Part shown: piece after piece, positions 50,717 to 60,315 of the stretch
Layout: the number at the start of each line of letters is the position of its first letter
How positions within the stretch are numbered: position 1 is the first letter of the stretch
From: an uncultured archaeon
GTDB lineage: Archaea; Asgardarchaeota; Lokiarchaeia; Sigyniarchaeales; SOKP01
Assembly: GCA_964486045.1 (NCBI GenBank)
Contig: CAZALK010000012.1
Coordinates: 1 to 64,000, forward strand
DNA length: 64,000 nt
Reading direction: 5' to 3'
Notes under the pieces: model-generated
Told to the model about the DNA's origin: nothing
Databases searched by the model: none
What the model saw: only the letters and a program-made list of their open reading frames with translations
Program-made: the position numbers and the translations under genes

Positions 50717-51539
50717 TTTTATAGATACCATAAAAACTATAATTCTTTGTGCTGGAGAAGGAACCCGCATTAGGAATTTTTTTCCTAATATACCAAAACC
50801 ATTAATAAAAATAAATCATGAACCAATTCTTTGGTCCTTGATCTCCAATTTAATAAAATCATACATTACTTCAATTATAGTAGTAACTGGGCATTTAAAT
50901 GAACAAATTGAAAGCTATTTAAAACTAATCATACAAAAAGACGAGTCACTTAAAAGCAAGATTTTGATCATTAATTCAGGAGATGATTATAAAAAAGGAC
51001 CATTATATTCCTTCCTATCAACTACAAGAGAAAAAGGAATTCTAAAAAAAGATTTAATATATCTCGTTTTTCCAGGTGACACTTATTTTGAATCCAATTT
51101 AATTAAAGAATTAATCACATCCATTGATAATGACTCTAATTTTATCAAAAACAACTCGGTTATCTTCTATCAGGAATTACCGGGAAAGAGCCTAAAAAAT
51201 ACCACTAATTTGAATAAATCAATCTCAATTATTAAAACTGAAGAACTAGATTCATTGGAAATAGTAAAAGAAATCAGTCAATTAGATGTTACTTCAATTA
51301 GTGAAAGTGCATATTATAAACAGATCATACCTTTATTTGTATTTAATTATAAATTCATTGAAAAGATAATTGAAACCGAAACTAAAGCTTCTGTAAAAAC
51401 TATAAGAGAAATTATCAATATATTAATCCAAGGAAAACAGATACTTTATACATACTGCCTAAAATCAGACAATAGATTTTTTGATATTGATACTAGATCC
51501 GATTATTTAAGGATAAATCAAGAAAAAAGAGGACAATAG
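50685..51539 (+). CDS. NTP-transferase (sugar-phosphate nucleotidyltransferase-like)
   Basis: ILCAGEGTRI...PKPLI; FFDIDT..D. Confidence 0.85.
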   Translation: MEIKLSLLKSNFIDTIKTIILCAGEGTRIRNFFPNIPKPLIKINHEPILWSLISNLIKSYITSIIVVTGHLNEQIESYLKLIIQKDESLKSKILIINSGDDYKKGPLYSFLSTTREKGILKKDLIYLVFPGDTYFESNLIKELITSIDNDSNFIKNNSVIFYQELPGKSLKNTTNLNKSISIIKTEELDSLEIVKEISQLDVTSISESAYYKQIIPLFVFNYKFIEKIIETETKASVKTIREIINILIQGKQILYTYCLKSDNRFFDIDTRSDYLRINQEKRGQ

Positions 51540-51974
51540 GTGCCCCGATTATTCCAGAGTAACTTTGATTCAATGGAAAACTATAAATATTTATCCTATG
51601 AAGCAACGAGGTAATCAAAGCTCCTATCTTAAATTTTAAATTCGTCAGAGTTCTTGGTGATTGGGGGTCTCGAGTATCAAGAAGAACCTGCCATCAACAG
51701 CATTCAATTTTTCAGTTGACTATAAGCCGAATACGAATTCAAAAACAAACTCATGTACTAATTGAAAAACTTATCATTTTTCTCCAAAGTGCTAATTCTA
51801 GGGATTCTATAACAGAATTATTGTAAAAAATCAAATATTAATATTCCGTATTTTTGTATCAAAAACAAATTTCCGCTAATAAGGAATAAGTAAATGTTAA
51901 TTATGTGATTAAATCGGTGCTAAACCCGTAGTTTAGTATAAAAATCCAATGCTAAACTAACCTATTGTTCCTCT
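51523..51974 (-). ncRNA. Candidate ~450-nt structured non-coding RNA of unknown class
   Basis: Ends pair (51528-51540 with 51961-51974); several internal helices; TATA box about 26 nt upstream and T6 tract at the 3' end on the minus strand; no ORF in the track. The strand rests on the promoter and T-tract, since G.U pairs occur on both strands. Confidence 0.65.
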
Positions 51975-51983
51975 AACTAATAG

Positions 51984-52004
51984 ATACCAATTTTGGTATT
52001 TAAA
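51984..52004 (-). promoter_or_regulatory. TATA box (TTTAAATA, 52004-51997) overlapped by the palindrome ATACCAA-TT-TTGGTAT (51984-51999)
   Basis: Seen directly; spacing to 51974 fits an archaeal TATA-to-TSS distance. Confidence 0.55.
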
Positions 52005-52109
52005 TCTTGCTATATTAAAATTTTTATTACGGCAGAGTGTTTCTTTGAAAAAAGATTTATGAGGTTTTCAAAATAATATAAATATCTGCATTTATATTAT
52101 TTATAAGAC

Positions 52110-52502
52110 ATGAATAGTGATGCTGGTTTAGTCACAATCAGAATAAATTTATTCGGAATAGGTATATTAGAAGCATATCTCATTAGACATATTGCCCCAC
52201 TAACCACAGATGCGATAATTGATAAAATCCCATTTTCTATGAGAGGTAGATTCAGTTTTGGATCAAAAAAATATTGGATTCTTCCCGGATTAGGAATATA
52301 TAAAGGAACTAATAGTAAATCCGTTAAGGATGTAGATAAAGGTGATATTGTTTATAACCCAAAGACAGACGAGATGATAATAATTATAGAACGTCTTCAG
52401 ATGCCAAATAAAGTGAACAAGGTGGGCAAAGTGAATTCAAACTTAGAATTAGTACTAAATGCTAGGAATGGATTAAAGACGAAAATATCTAAGATATCCT
52501 AA
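52110..52502 (+). CDS. Cyclophilin-like fold protein (DUF369/DUF3830-like)
   Basis: L.RHIAPLT.DAI...IPF; V.KGDIVY.P; N.VGKV. Confidence 0.65.
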   Translation: MNSDAGLVTIRINLFGIGILEAYLIRHIAPLTTDAIIDKIPFSMRGRFSFGSKKYWILPGLGIYKGTNSKSVKDVDKGDIVYNPKTDEMIIIIERLQMPNKVNKVGKVNSNLELVLNARNGLKTKISKIS

Positions 52503-52508
52503 TATAAA

Positions 52509-53345
52509 ATGGTAGTTTCGAAGAAATTAACTGTAATTTTTGCTAGTTTTTATATATGTGTTATTATTTATATCCTATTATTTTTATTTGTACCCAATAT
52601 TCAAAATGCTATCATTCAGTCGAGAGAGAATTTAACTGTTTTTACTGAAGGATCTAATTATTTATGGGCTCTACTAGTCTCTCTTGGGATATGTTTTTTA
52701 GGTTCTGCATCAATAGGGTTTCCAATTCCTTTTCCATTTGTATTGTTTTCTCTTTCAAACTCAATAATTCTTAGATATTCAAATTCTGGATTAAACATTA
52801 ACCAAATATTACAAATTGGAAGTTTTTGGGGAGAAATTATTGGTATTACATTGATAGGTGGTTTAGGGAGTGCTCTGGGGGAGTTTACTGGCTATGCTGT
52901 GGGGTACGGAACTAATAAAATTACTGAAGAGTGGAATTCTGAATTACTTAGTAATGTAGATAGATTTGGAAGGATAATTTTAGAAAATAAGAAACGGACT
53001 CCATTATATATTTTTTTATTTGCTCTAACTCCACTACCGGATGATATTTTATTCTTACCCTTAGGAATGATAAAGTACAGTTTTTGGAAATGTATTATTC
53101 CTGGTTGGTTAGGTAAGAATTTTACTACACTTTTTTATTGTTGCTGGCCTATCTTAATCGCGCTAGGATTTACTTCTCAGGGCATTCAATCCAATAGTAA
53201 ATCAAGTATAATAACAGAAGCGATATTATTATTAGTAACAATTACTGTAATGTTTTTTATTATGTCTTTTGATTGGACTAAATATCTTGAAAAACGAAAG
53301 CTAAAAAAGTTAAAAAGAGATGGAGATGAAACAATTTTCCAATAA
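52509..53345 (+). CDS. DedA/VTT-domain membrane protein
   Basis: GGLGSALGEFTGYAVG; FLFALTPLPDD. Confidence 0.85.
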   Translation: MVVSKKLTVIFASFYICVIIYILLFLFVPNIQNAIIQSRENLTVFTEGSNYLWALLVSLGICFLGSASIGFPIPFPFVLFSLSNSIILRYSNSGLNINQILQIGSFWGEIIGITLIGGLGSALGEFTGYAVGYGTNKITEEWNSELLSNVDRFGRIILENKKRTPLYIFLFALTPLPDDILFLPLGMIKYSFWKCIIPGWLGKNFTTLFYCCWPILIALGFTSQGIQSNSKSSIITEAILLLVTITVMFFIMSFDWTKYLEKRKLKKLKRDGDETIFQ

Positions 53346-53526
53346 ATCAATTTTAAGGATTATTTTTTAAACAATTTTTACAAACAAAAACAATTTTTTG
53401 TTTCTCATTAGAATTTTCATCATAATAGACACGCTTATATATAAAATTGTTACAGAGAACACAAACTTCAGCAGTTCGAGTTTCATTTAATAATGGACCT
53501 AAATTTTTAAAATTAGACTTCATAAA

Positions 53527-53877
53527 TTACTGAAATGATTTCGTTTGTAGCGTAATTTCTATATTAGAAATAAGATTTTTTTTGTTTCCGTTATTATTTC
53601 TTGAATTTCTGTTATTATATCTTCCATTTCTATTATTATATCGTCGATTTTTATTCTCAAAAAAAGGACGGCTACCTAGAGAGACGTTTCCGATCTCTAA
53701 TCGAGGATACATACGGTTCTTTATGATCTCAGCAACTTCCACGGCCGTACTTATCTCTTCCCCCTCTCCGCGAATAAGCAAACTTTTCTTTCCGCCGCTA
53801 ATAGCAAATATTGCGTCTTTGATAGATTTTTCTTTGTCACTTCTATTTTTAATTACAATAGTGGTTTCATAAACCAT
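53527..53877 (-). CDS. Alba-family nucleic-acid-binding protein with an Asn/Arg-rich insertion
   Basis: IRGEGEEISTAVEVAEIIKNR and ISNIEITL are Alba signatures; insertion RRYNNRNGRYNNRNSRNNNGN. Confidence 0.8.
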   Translation of the reverse strand: MVYETTIVIKNRSDKEKSIKDAIFAISGGKKSLLIRGEGEEISTAVEVAEIIKNRMYPRLEIGNVSLGSRPFFENKNRRYNNRNGRYNNRNSRNNNGNKKNLISNIEITLQTKSFQ

Positions 53878-54050
53878 GAAAGAACCTCTTTCGAAGAAAA
53901 AACTTACGTTTTACTTACGTTTTAATAAAAAGTAGCTTTATTCTTAGTTTTTAATAATTTAGTATCTTTATAAAATTTTTCTATACTTCTTAAGTGTAAA
54001 TATTTTCTCATATTTTTAAACTTTAATAAAAATATATTTGAATTTTTATG

Positions 54051-55178
54051 CTAAATATTTTCTATGTTTAATACTGCCCGGTCATTAAGGTTATCTAAAA
54101 CCCTACAATACTCAGAAATCCGTTCTTCAAAATGTTCAATAACTTTTCTTTCATTTGTGTCTAAATATATGAAAAAAGAACTTATAATCTCAATTCTTTT
54201 TGAGAAATCAACCATAATTTTATCATACCACTCATTTGGTTTCTTTAAAATAGATTGAATTTTTTTAGCTAGCTTTTTTCTTTTAATTTCATAACCTCCA
54301 GTTGTTTTTTCCTCTGGGAATTTATCTAGCTCATCATAGGCTTCAGAAATAGCCTTCTCGATTTTTTCTCTAAACTTAGGTATTCGGTATGTTTTTTTGT
54401 AAATATCAGGATCCCATTCATATAGAAACCTCTCATCCTCTTCAGCTTCTTCTTCATTTTCTGTTATTACGATGTCCTCTTTTGGTACAAGGATTAATCC
54501 GTAATTTCTCTGTAATTGAGCGAGGTTTTTTTTCCTTAGAACTTCATCTATGTATTCAATTTCTTTCAATATCTTACTCATGTTTTTGCTAACTTTTTTA
54601 ACTACCTTATTAGCATTTTTCATCATTGTTTCTTGATCAAATTCAAACTCCAAATCAATTAATGTAAATGGTGATCTCATGCCAAAATCAGGATCTTTTA
54701 ACCTTAATCCTGCAATCCCTAAATATTTATCTTCTGATTCTCTTTTACAATGATCGAAAATTAACCCCACAGCATAAGGATTTGGAATTTGGTATCCCAG
54801 TTGAGTCATACGATCCACAATACTATAGAAGAAACCCATATTTGGATGTGTGTGCCACCAACCTATAATAAAATCATTTTTCTTATCTTGAATAGAATGT
54901 TCAAAAATTGAGGTGTCAATTTGTGCCGTATCTACGTATTGTTTATTTTCAAATGCAACCCCCGCACGTTCTCCTGCCATAATTGGTATTGCATCCTTTA
55001 TTATCACTCTAGCACTATTTTCCACGGTTCCAATTAAGATACCATAAACTTCACGCCATTTTCCCGCATCTATTATGTCACTAGCATATCTAATAGCATA
55101 ACCAATGATTCTTTCATACGCTTTTAATGAAAGCAAAACCGGTGCATATGAAGGATTCACACTTTTTTTTTTCTTCAT
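54051..55178 (-). CDS. JAB1/MPN (JAMM) metalloprotease, Rpn11-like, with a helical C-terminal extension
   Basis: EVYGILIG...IGWWHTHPNMGFFYSIVD (E...HxH-x7-S-x2-D). Confidence 0.85.
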   Translation of the reverse strand: MKKKKSVNPSYAPVLLSLKAYERIIGYAIRYASDIIDAGKWREVYGILIGTVENSARVIIKDAIPIMAGERAGVAFENKQYVDTAQIDTSIFEHSIQDKKNDFIIGWWHTHPNMGFFYSIVDRMTQLGYQIPNPYAVGLIFDHCKRESEDKYLGIAGLRLKDPDFGMRSPFTLIDLEFEFDQETMMKNANKVVKKVSKNMSKILKEIEYIDEVLRKKNLAQLQRNYGLILVPKEDIVITENEEEAEEDERFLYEWDPDIYKKTYRIPKFREKIEKAISEAYDELDKFPEEKTTGGYEIKRKKLAKKIQSILKKPNEWYDKIMVDFSKRIEIISSFFIYLDTNERKVIEHFEERISEYCRVLDNLNDRAVLNIENI

Positions 55179-55288
55179 TTTTTCGTTAGCTATGCCTTTT
55201 ACATGTATATTTTAAAAACTTAATTTCTTATTCTATATAGAATCTAAACAAATTCTAGATATTTAAATTATATTAGAAAAATAATCAT

Positions 55289-55831
55289 ATGAAAATACTA
55301 GCAATAGTGGGACTTCCCGGTTCTGGAAAAACTACAGCAATAGAGGCAATACGTGACCTAGGGATTGTTGTCACAATGGGTGATGTTGTTCGGAATGAAG
55401 CTAAAAGAAGGAACATCGAACCTTCTGGAAATAATCTTGGAAAAATAGCAAAAGAATTGCGAGAGAATCAAGGTCCGGGAATTATTGCAAAAAAATGCAT
55501 GGATCTAATCATGAAAAAGAAGAATGAAGTGATTATTGTAGATGGTATAAGATCCCTAGTAGAAGTTAGGATTTTTAGAACAAATTGGAAATTTCCTATT
55601 ATTGCCATTATTGTTGATGAAAAAAATAGACTAAAAAGACTTTTCAACAGATTTCGAAGTGATGATCCAAAAGACTTAGAGGAATTAAAAGAAAGAGATC
55701 GAAGAGAGCTTAAATTTGGACTTGATAAAGTAATAGAAAAAGCTGATTATAATATTAGTAATAATTCCACGATAGATGACTTAAAAATAACGACGAAAGA
55801 TGTAGTCTTGAAGATAATTCAAAATTATTAG
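55289..55831 (+). CDS. P-loop nucleotide-kinase-like protein (UPF0200 / dephospho-CoA-kinase-like)
   Basis: GLPGSGKT, MGDVVR, VDGIRS, R.R.DD, RDRREL.FG. Confidence 0.85.
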   Translation: MKILAIVGLPGSGKTTAIEAIRDLGIVVTMGDVVRNEAKRRNIEPSGNNLGKIAKELRENQGPGIIAKKCMDLIMKKKNEVIIVDGIRSLVEVRIFRTNWKFPIIAIIVDEKNRLKRLFNRFRSDDPKDLEELKERDRRELKFGLDKVIEKADYNISNNSTIDDLKITTKDVVLKIIQNY

Positions 55832-55846
55832 GTTTTACAACGCAAT

Positions 55847-56749
55847 CTATTTTAAATAGTCTGCAATTATTTTTGCTAGTGAAACTTTACATGCTTCATT
55901 ATCAATTGAATCTGTACCAATTATTTCATCTGCTCCAGCTTTTAATATTCGATATTTTGCTTGATCCAACAATAGAGCGTGAGTTGCGACGGCATAAATT
56001 TTATTCGCTCCACTTTCTCTTGCAAGTTTTATTGCTGTTGCCATTGTTCCTCCTGTGGCAATAATATCATCTGCAATCACGACATCTTTGTCTTTTAAGC
56101 TTAATTCTCCTACCATTATTATTTTCCCTGTTTTAACATCTCGTTGTTTATCAAAAACATCAACAGGAACATTTTCACCAAAATATCTAGCAAAGGCTTT
56201 GGATCTATCGATCGCTCCTTTATCTGGGGACACGACAACTATATCTTTTGCTCCTAAAGTTTTAATGTAATCCGCTAACAGTTTCATCGAGTCAATATTT
56301 ACCGTTTTACATGTAAATTCTTTCAATACTTGTTGAGCATGAATGTCTACGGTATAAAATTCATCTATTCCTAATAAATTAATAAAACTAAATACTAAAT
56401 TAGAAACTAGACTTTCTCCTGGCCTAAATACTTTATCTTGTCGAGCATAAGCGATGTAAGGGGCAACTACTATCACATAGGCAGCTCCCATCCTTTTAAC
56501 TGAATCAATCATCATGAAAAGCTCCATTAAACGGCTATTTTGGTTTCCATTCGAACTTGGCCCCGTCGATTGCACTATAATAACTTTTTTATCCGCTATT
56601 AGGGTCTCATCTTCAATATTAATTCTTAAATAATTTTCCCCATCTGGGAACAATTTTGTGTCCGTGTTTATCGATTCAATTCCTAACTCATCTGCAATCC
56701 TTACACCCAGTATTTGGGAGGAAGGTCCTGCTATAAGTATTTTTTTCAT
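55847..56749 (-). CDS. prs: Ribose-phosphate pyrophosphokinase
   Basis: FPDGE, PYIAYARQD, SPDKGA, DDIIATGGT. Confidence 0.95.
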   Translation of the reverse strand: MKKILIAGPSSQILGVRIADELGIESINTDTKLFPDGENYLRINIEDETLIADKKVIIVQSTGPSSNGNQNSRLMELFMMIDSVKRMGAAYVIVVAPYIAYARQDKVFRPGESLVSNLVFSFINLLGIDEFYTVDIHAQQVLKEFTCKTVNIDSMKLLADYIKTLGAKDIVVVSPDKGAIDRSKAFARYFGENVPVDVFDKQRDVKTGKIIMVGELSLKDKDVVIADDIIATGGTMATAIKLARESGANKIYAVATHALLLDQAKYRILKAGADEIIGTDSIDNEACKVSLAKIIADYLK

Positions 56750-56793
56750 TATGATTCCACTAAATAATAATAATTCATAATAATTTTTCTTTT

Positions 56794-57543
56794 CTAAAAT
56801 GTATTTAACTTTTCTAAAAATTTAAGTGAGCTCTTAAAAATCTCCTCTCTATGCCCAGAAAAAGTGTGCCCTCCAGTATCAAACTCTATAGTATTTTCAT
56901 CATTTAATCCAAGATTCTTCTGAATATGAGTTAAATTTTCAAACGGGACTCTATCATCATCTTTACAATGTGCAATTAAGATTCTTTCATTGTTTATTGG
57001 ATCATTTTTAAGGAAATATTTAGGACTTATTTTTTTTATAATATCTTCTCCACCATGTTCTTCGACTGTTTGATATCTTCCTCTAATTGTATAATAGTCA
57101 TATCTTGCACTGAGTGCTATTAGTAATTTTGCCCTTTTATCTATAAATCCATGAGATAATATAATAGCACCTCCTAAACTCCTTCCAAATAACACAACCT
57201 TATTTTCTAAAAGGTTATCATCTCGATTTTGAATGATCCAATCGATAACAATATGTATGTCCGAAAATATTTGCGATATCATCTTATCCCATCTAGAACC
57301 AGTTTGTTTTTGGGTTTCTCCATGACCACGATAATCATAAGACAGGACATAATACCCAGCATTTGCAAATTTTTCAGAGAAGAATTTTACAAGATAATTT
57401 TCCCTGTGATTCATAAATCCAGGTAAATTTATTATAAAAGGGGCTTTAACGGGTGTTTTTGAGGTGTAATAGATAGATCCTTTGAGATCTATGTTGTCTG
57501 ATTTTATATGAATATCAATATTTTCTGTAATTAAATCTGTCAT
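56794..57543 (-). CDS. Alpha/beta hydrolase
   Basis: DYRGHG, GRSLGG nucleophile elbow, DDRV, GGH. Confidence 0.9.
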   Translation of the reverse strand: MTDLITENIDIHIKSDNIDLKGSIYYTSKTPVKAPFIINLPGFMNHRENYLVKFFSEKFANAGYYVLSYDYRGHGETQKQTGSRWDKMISQIFSDIHIVIDWIIQNRDDNLLENKVVLFGRSLGGAIILSHGFIDKRAKLLIALSARYDYYTIRGRYQTVEEHGGEDIIKKISPKYFLKNDPINNERILIAHCKDDDRVPFENLTHIQKNLGLNDENTIEFDTGGHTFSGHREEIFKSSLKFLEKLNTF

Positions 57544-57550
57544 TATAAAT

Positions 57551-58024
57551 TTAATTTAATATTTTTGTTTTATATTTTTCAATTGCACTTCTGAGTGTTT
57601 TAATAGCCAAATCTAAGCAATGTTTCTCATTTTCAGGTAAATCCATTAGAGCTTTATCAATATCTTCAGCCTTTAAATTTTCAGCGAATTCTATTGTTGT
57701 ACCTTCAATCAAGATTGTAGTTTGACTCCCTGTGGCAATCATCACTCCGCAACCATCAGTTAAGAAGCTAATTTTTTTTATAATATTATTTTCAATATTT
57801 AGATAAAACCCTAAAAAATAGTTTTTAGGACCTCCTTTGCACTCCCCAAAGCATGTAATTTCATTTTTGAAGAGTTTCCCCCAATTTTGTGGATTATAGC
57901 ATAAAGATACAATTTTTTCATTATAATCTTTAATTTCCAACTTTATGATTTCTTTTTGAAGGTTTTCAACAAATTCATCAAAGATTTCAGGCATTTTATC
58001 CCCTTTGAAAGGTTCATACATCAT
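57551..58024 (-). CDS. NifU/IscU-like Fe-S scaffold protein
   Basis: NPQNWG, GECKG, F.TDGCG, EKHC; true start perhaps 57994. Confidence 0.8.
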   Translation of the reverse strand: MMYEPFKGDKMPEIFDEFVENLQKEIIKLEIKDYNEKIVSLCYNPQNWGKLFKNEITCFGECKGGPKNYFLGFYLNIENNIIKKISFLTDGCGVMIATGSQTTILIEGTTIEFAENLKAEDIDKALMDLPENEKHCLDLAIKTLRSAIEKYKTKILN

Positions 58025-58283
58025 TTTGTTTTAATACGTGTGATGCTAATCCTGCTAAATTCTTTGGTGATCTTTGATATTTTTTTAAAATTTCTGTTAT
58101 CTTTTGGTTTAGGTGGTTATTTTCAGCGGAAGAGGATGTTTTATTAAGGAATTCTTCACCATGACGAATAATAGCAGTGTTTTCTGTTACTTTTATTAAC
58201 TGTGTTGCCACTATTCCATTGATATAAATTAAATCTGCTAGCATATTTTTAATGTAAACCAAAATTTTAATTTGTTCAGACAT
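58014..58283 (-). CDS. Hypothetical protein
   Basis: Likely start MSEQIK; overlaps the start of the NifU-like gene. Confidence 0.6.
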   Translation of the reverse strand: MSEQIKILVYIKNMLADLIYINGIVATQLIKVTENTAIIRHGEEFLNKTSSSAENNHLNQKITEILKKYQRSPKNLAGLASHVLKQNDV

Positions 58284-58455
58284 AATTAAGAAAAGATTGC
58301 TATGAATAAAAATGACAATAATTTTTATATAGGATTCATAAAAAACAATCAAATTAATTTTAAATCTATATTTTATTTAGATTATTTAGATTTTGTTGAA
58401 ATCAAAACAGCAAAGGTGAAAAACCTTAGATTATAGAGATTTTCATGATGGACTT

Positions 58456-58929
58456 TTGTCTACATTGTTAATTTTATTTATTTTTTCATTTACTTTTATG
58501 CTCGGGTCAATTTTTTTAAATTCTTATATCGCACTTACTATCCAAGAGAGAAATTATATTGTAGCTTTATGTGTAGTTAATCTTCTATTCTGTGCATATT
58601 ATTTGCTGGAAGTGTTAAAGTTAGAATATACATTCAGATTGGAAAAGAAAAGTACTTTCAAATTTGGGAAAAGAATTGGTGTTATTACTCTCTTGTATCT
58701 TCCCCATTTATTCTTGTTTGCAACTCTTTTTTTATGGGAACTTCATAACTTAGAATTAATAATGGTCGGTTTAATAATTATTGTTGAGCTTACCCTAATC
58801 GTTCTTGTGTTAAAAGAGGTTTATGATTTGTTATTTTTGGAAGAAGTTCGTAAAAATTTTGAAATAAATGAAAATCGCAAAAAATATCTTGAGAAAGAGA
58901 AGAGAGGTTTACAAGAGGAAATATTTTAG
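58456..58929 (+). CDS. Hypothetical membrane protein (about 4 TM)
   Basis: Hydrophobic helices and a charged C-terminal tail. Confidence 0.7.
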   Translation: MSTLLILFIFSFTFMLGSIFLNSYIALTIQERNYIVALCVVNLLFCAYYLLEVLKLEYTFRLEKKSTFKFGKRIGVITLLYLPHLFLFATLFLWELHNLELIMVGLIIIVELTLIVLVLKEVYDLLFLEEVRKNFEINENRKKYLEKEKRGLQEEIF

Positions 58930-58946
58930 GGTTATTAACGAAATAT

Positions 58947-60182
58947 TTATTTTATTTTTGCTAATTTCTCAATAGCAGAGTCAATCATCTTTAATTTAGT
59001 TGAGTATTTTTCCATTAGCTCTGCGAATTTTTCGACTTCGATTTCATTATTTTCTTTTAATAATTTTAATTCATTTATAGTTCGAATAACACCTGCTTTT
59101 TGATCTATTAATCTTTCTTTTTTACTGTAAGGTATTTTTTCTTCCAGTTTCCTTCTTTGATAAACTTTAAATCTTTTAACGTTTAAGTCCTTAGGCACAA
59201 ATTTTGTTAAATATATAATATTTTTGGGTACAAAAGGAGCCAAATTTTCAGGTATAATAATGATTGGTTCTGGATCTTGAATTTTTTTTATTTCTTCATA
59301 ATTTAATTGTTCAAATTCATTTTCTTTAATATCTTCTCCTACTATGGATAAATTTAGATCAACATGTTCTATCTCTTCTTTTGAAAGGGTAAGAGTTCCA
59401 TGCATTTCCTCCCAAATGTCTTTTGCTTTAATATAATACCAAAGAGCTTTTTGGTTTAGCTTTTGGACCTTCTCTTTGTTTATATTTGTTATCGATGATT
59501 CTAAAGAGGCTCGAGCCTTAAGAGAGCAAGATTTTCCCATATCATAATGAAATTGAGCTCTTATTTGCTGTTTCTTTTTCTCTTCATGCTGTCTTAAATA
59601 GAATAATCTTTTTGATAATACACTAAGCCCTGCATACAATTTCGAGGCAAAATATATATTATTATTTGTTTCTTCACGTAGTGCAGCAATACTTTGAGCT
59701 AAAATCCTTGATTCTTCCGAGTTTAATTCTAAATTTTCAGACTTAAATGTATTTCCTAAATTATTTTGATTTATCGCAGCTGCACTAAAATACGCAGATG
59801 TTTTATAAATTTTGCTGCATTCCGTCATTGATATAATTGCATTTTCCCATTCATTATCTTCCTCATATTTCTCGGAAAGCTGAGCATAAGCTCTTGCCAT
59901 AACCCAAAGTACTCTAGCACATTCAAACATTATATCAGAAACTTCGATTTCTTTATCAGATTTAGGATCAAGGAAAATACTCGTAATGTCTAAATCTTCT
60001 AAGATTTCTTTATGATTTTCTAGCTGATAATTTCTGTTCAAGATTTTAGTATACTCTAAAATAAGATTTAGGTCATCGAGGTTAAAATGTTCATCATCTT
60101 TTTCAAGAGCATCTTCAATTTTTTTAATTTTGTAATGAAGATACCTAATTCGTTGCATTACTTCTTCGGTAAAAAAGGTCAT
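58947..60182 (-). CDS. Hypothetical alpha-helical protein
   Basis: 411-aa ORF with a helical-repeat-like pattern. Confidence 0.75.
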   Translation of the reverse strand: MTFFTEEVMQRIRYLHYKIKKIEDALEKDDEHFNLDDLNLILEYTKILNRNYQLENHKEILEDLDITSIFLDPKSDKEIEVSDIMFECARVLWVMARAYAQLSEKYEEDNEWENAIISMTECSKIYKTSAYFSAAAINQNNLGNTFKSENLELNSEESRILAQSIAALREETNNNIYFASKLYAGLSVLSKRLFYLRQHEEKKKQQIRAQFHYDMGKSCSLKARASLESSITNINKEKVQKLNQKALWYYIKAKDIWEEMHGTLTLSKEEIEHVDLNLSIVGEDIKENEFEQLNYEEIKKIQDPEPIIIIPENLAPFVPKNIIYLTKFVPKDLNVKRFKVYQRRKLEEKIPYSKKERLIDQKAGVIRTINELKLLKENNEIEVEKFAELMEKYSTKLKMIDSAIEKLAKIK

Positions 60183-60315
60183 AATCAGATCTTAACGTTT
60201 TTCGTTAAATTTAAGTTAATTAAAATTATTTATCCATCATTTTAAAACTAATCTATAATAATATTTTATGAACAAGTATTCCAAACAAATCTGATTACAC
60301 AGATTATAAGCTAAA

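Noticed and set aside
51500-51777. Minus-strand frame with four in-frame TGA codons as a multi-Sec selenoprotein
   Set aside because: No recognisable protein motif or SECIS; the extensive base pairing is better explained by an RNA gene
51541-51930. Group II intron on the plus strand (GTGCC start, AGCCGAATACG...CATGTAC resembling domain V)
   Set aside because: The AGCCG arm has no complementary CGGYU partner, the motif is in the middle rather than near the 3' end, and no interrupted gene or RT is present
53460-53500. GTTCGA as a tRNA T-loop
   Set aside because: No cloverleaf or acceptor stem; no tRNA or rRNA genes recognised anywhere in the window
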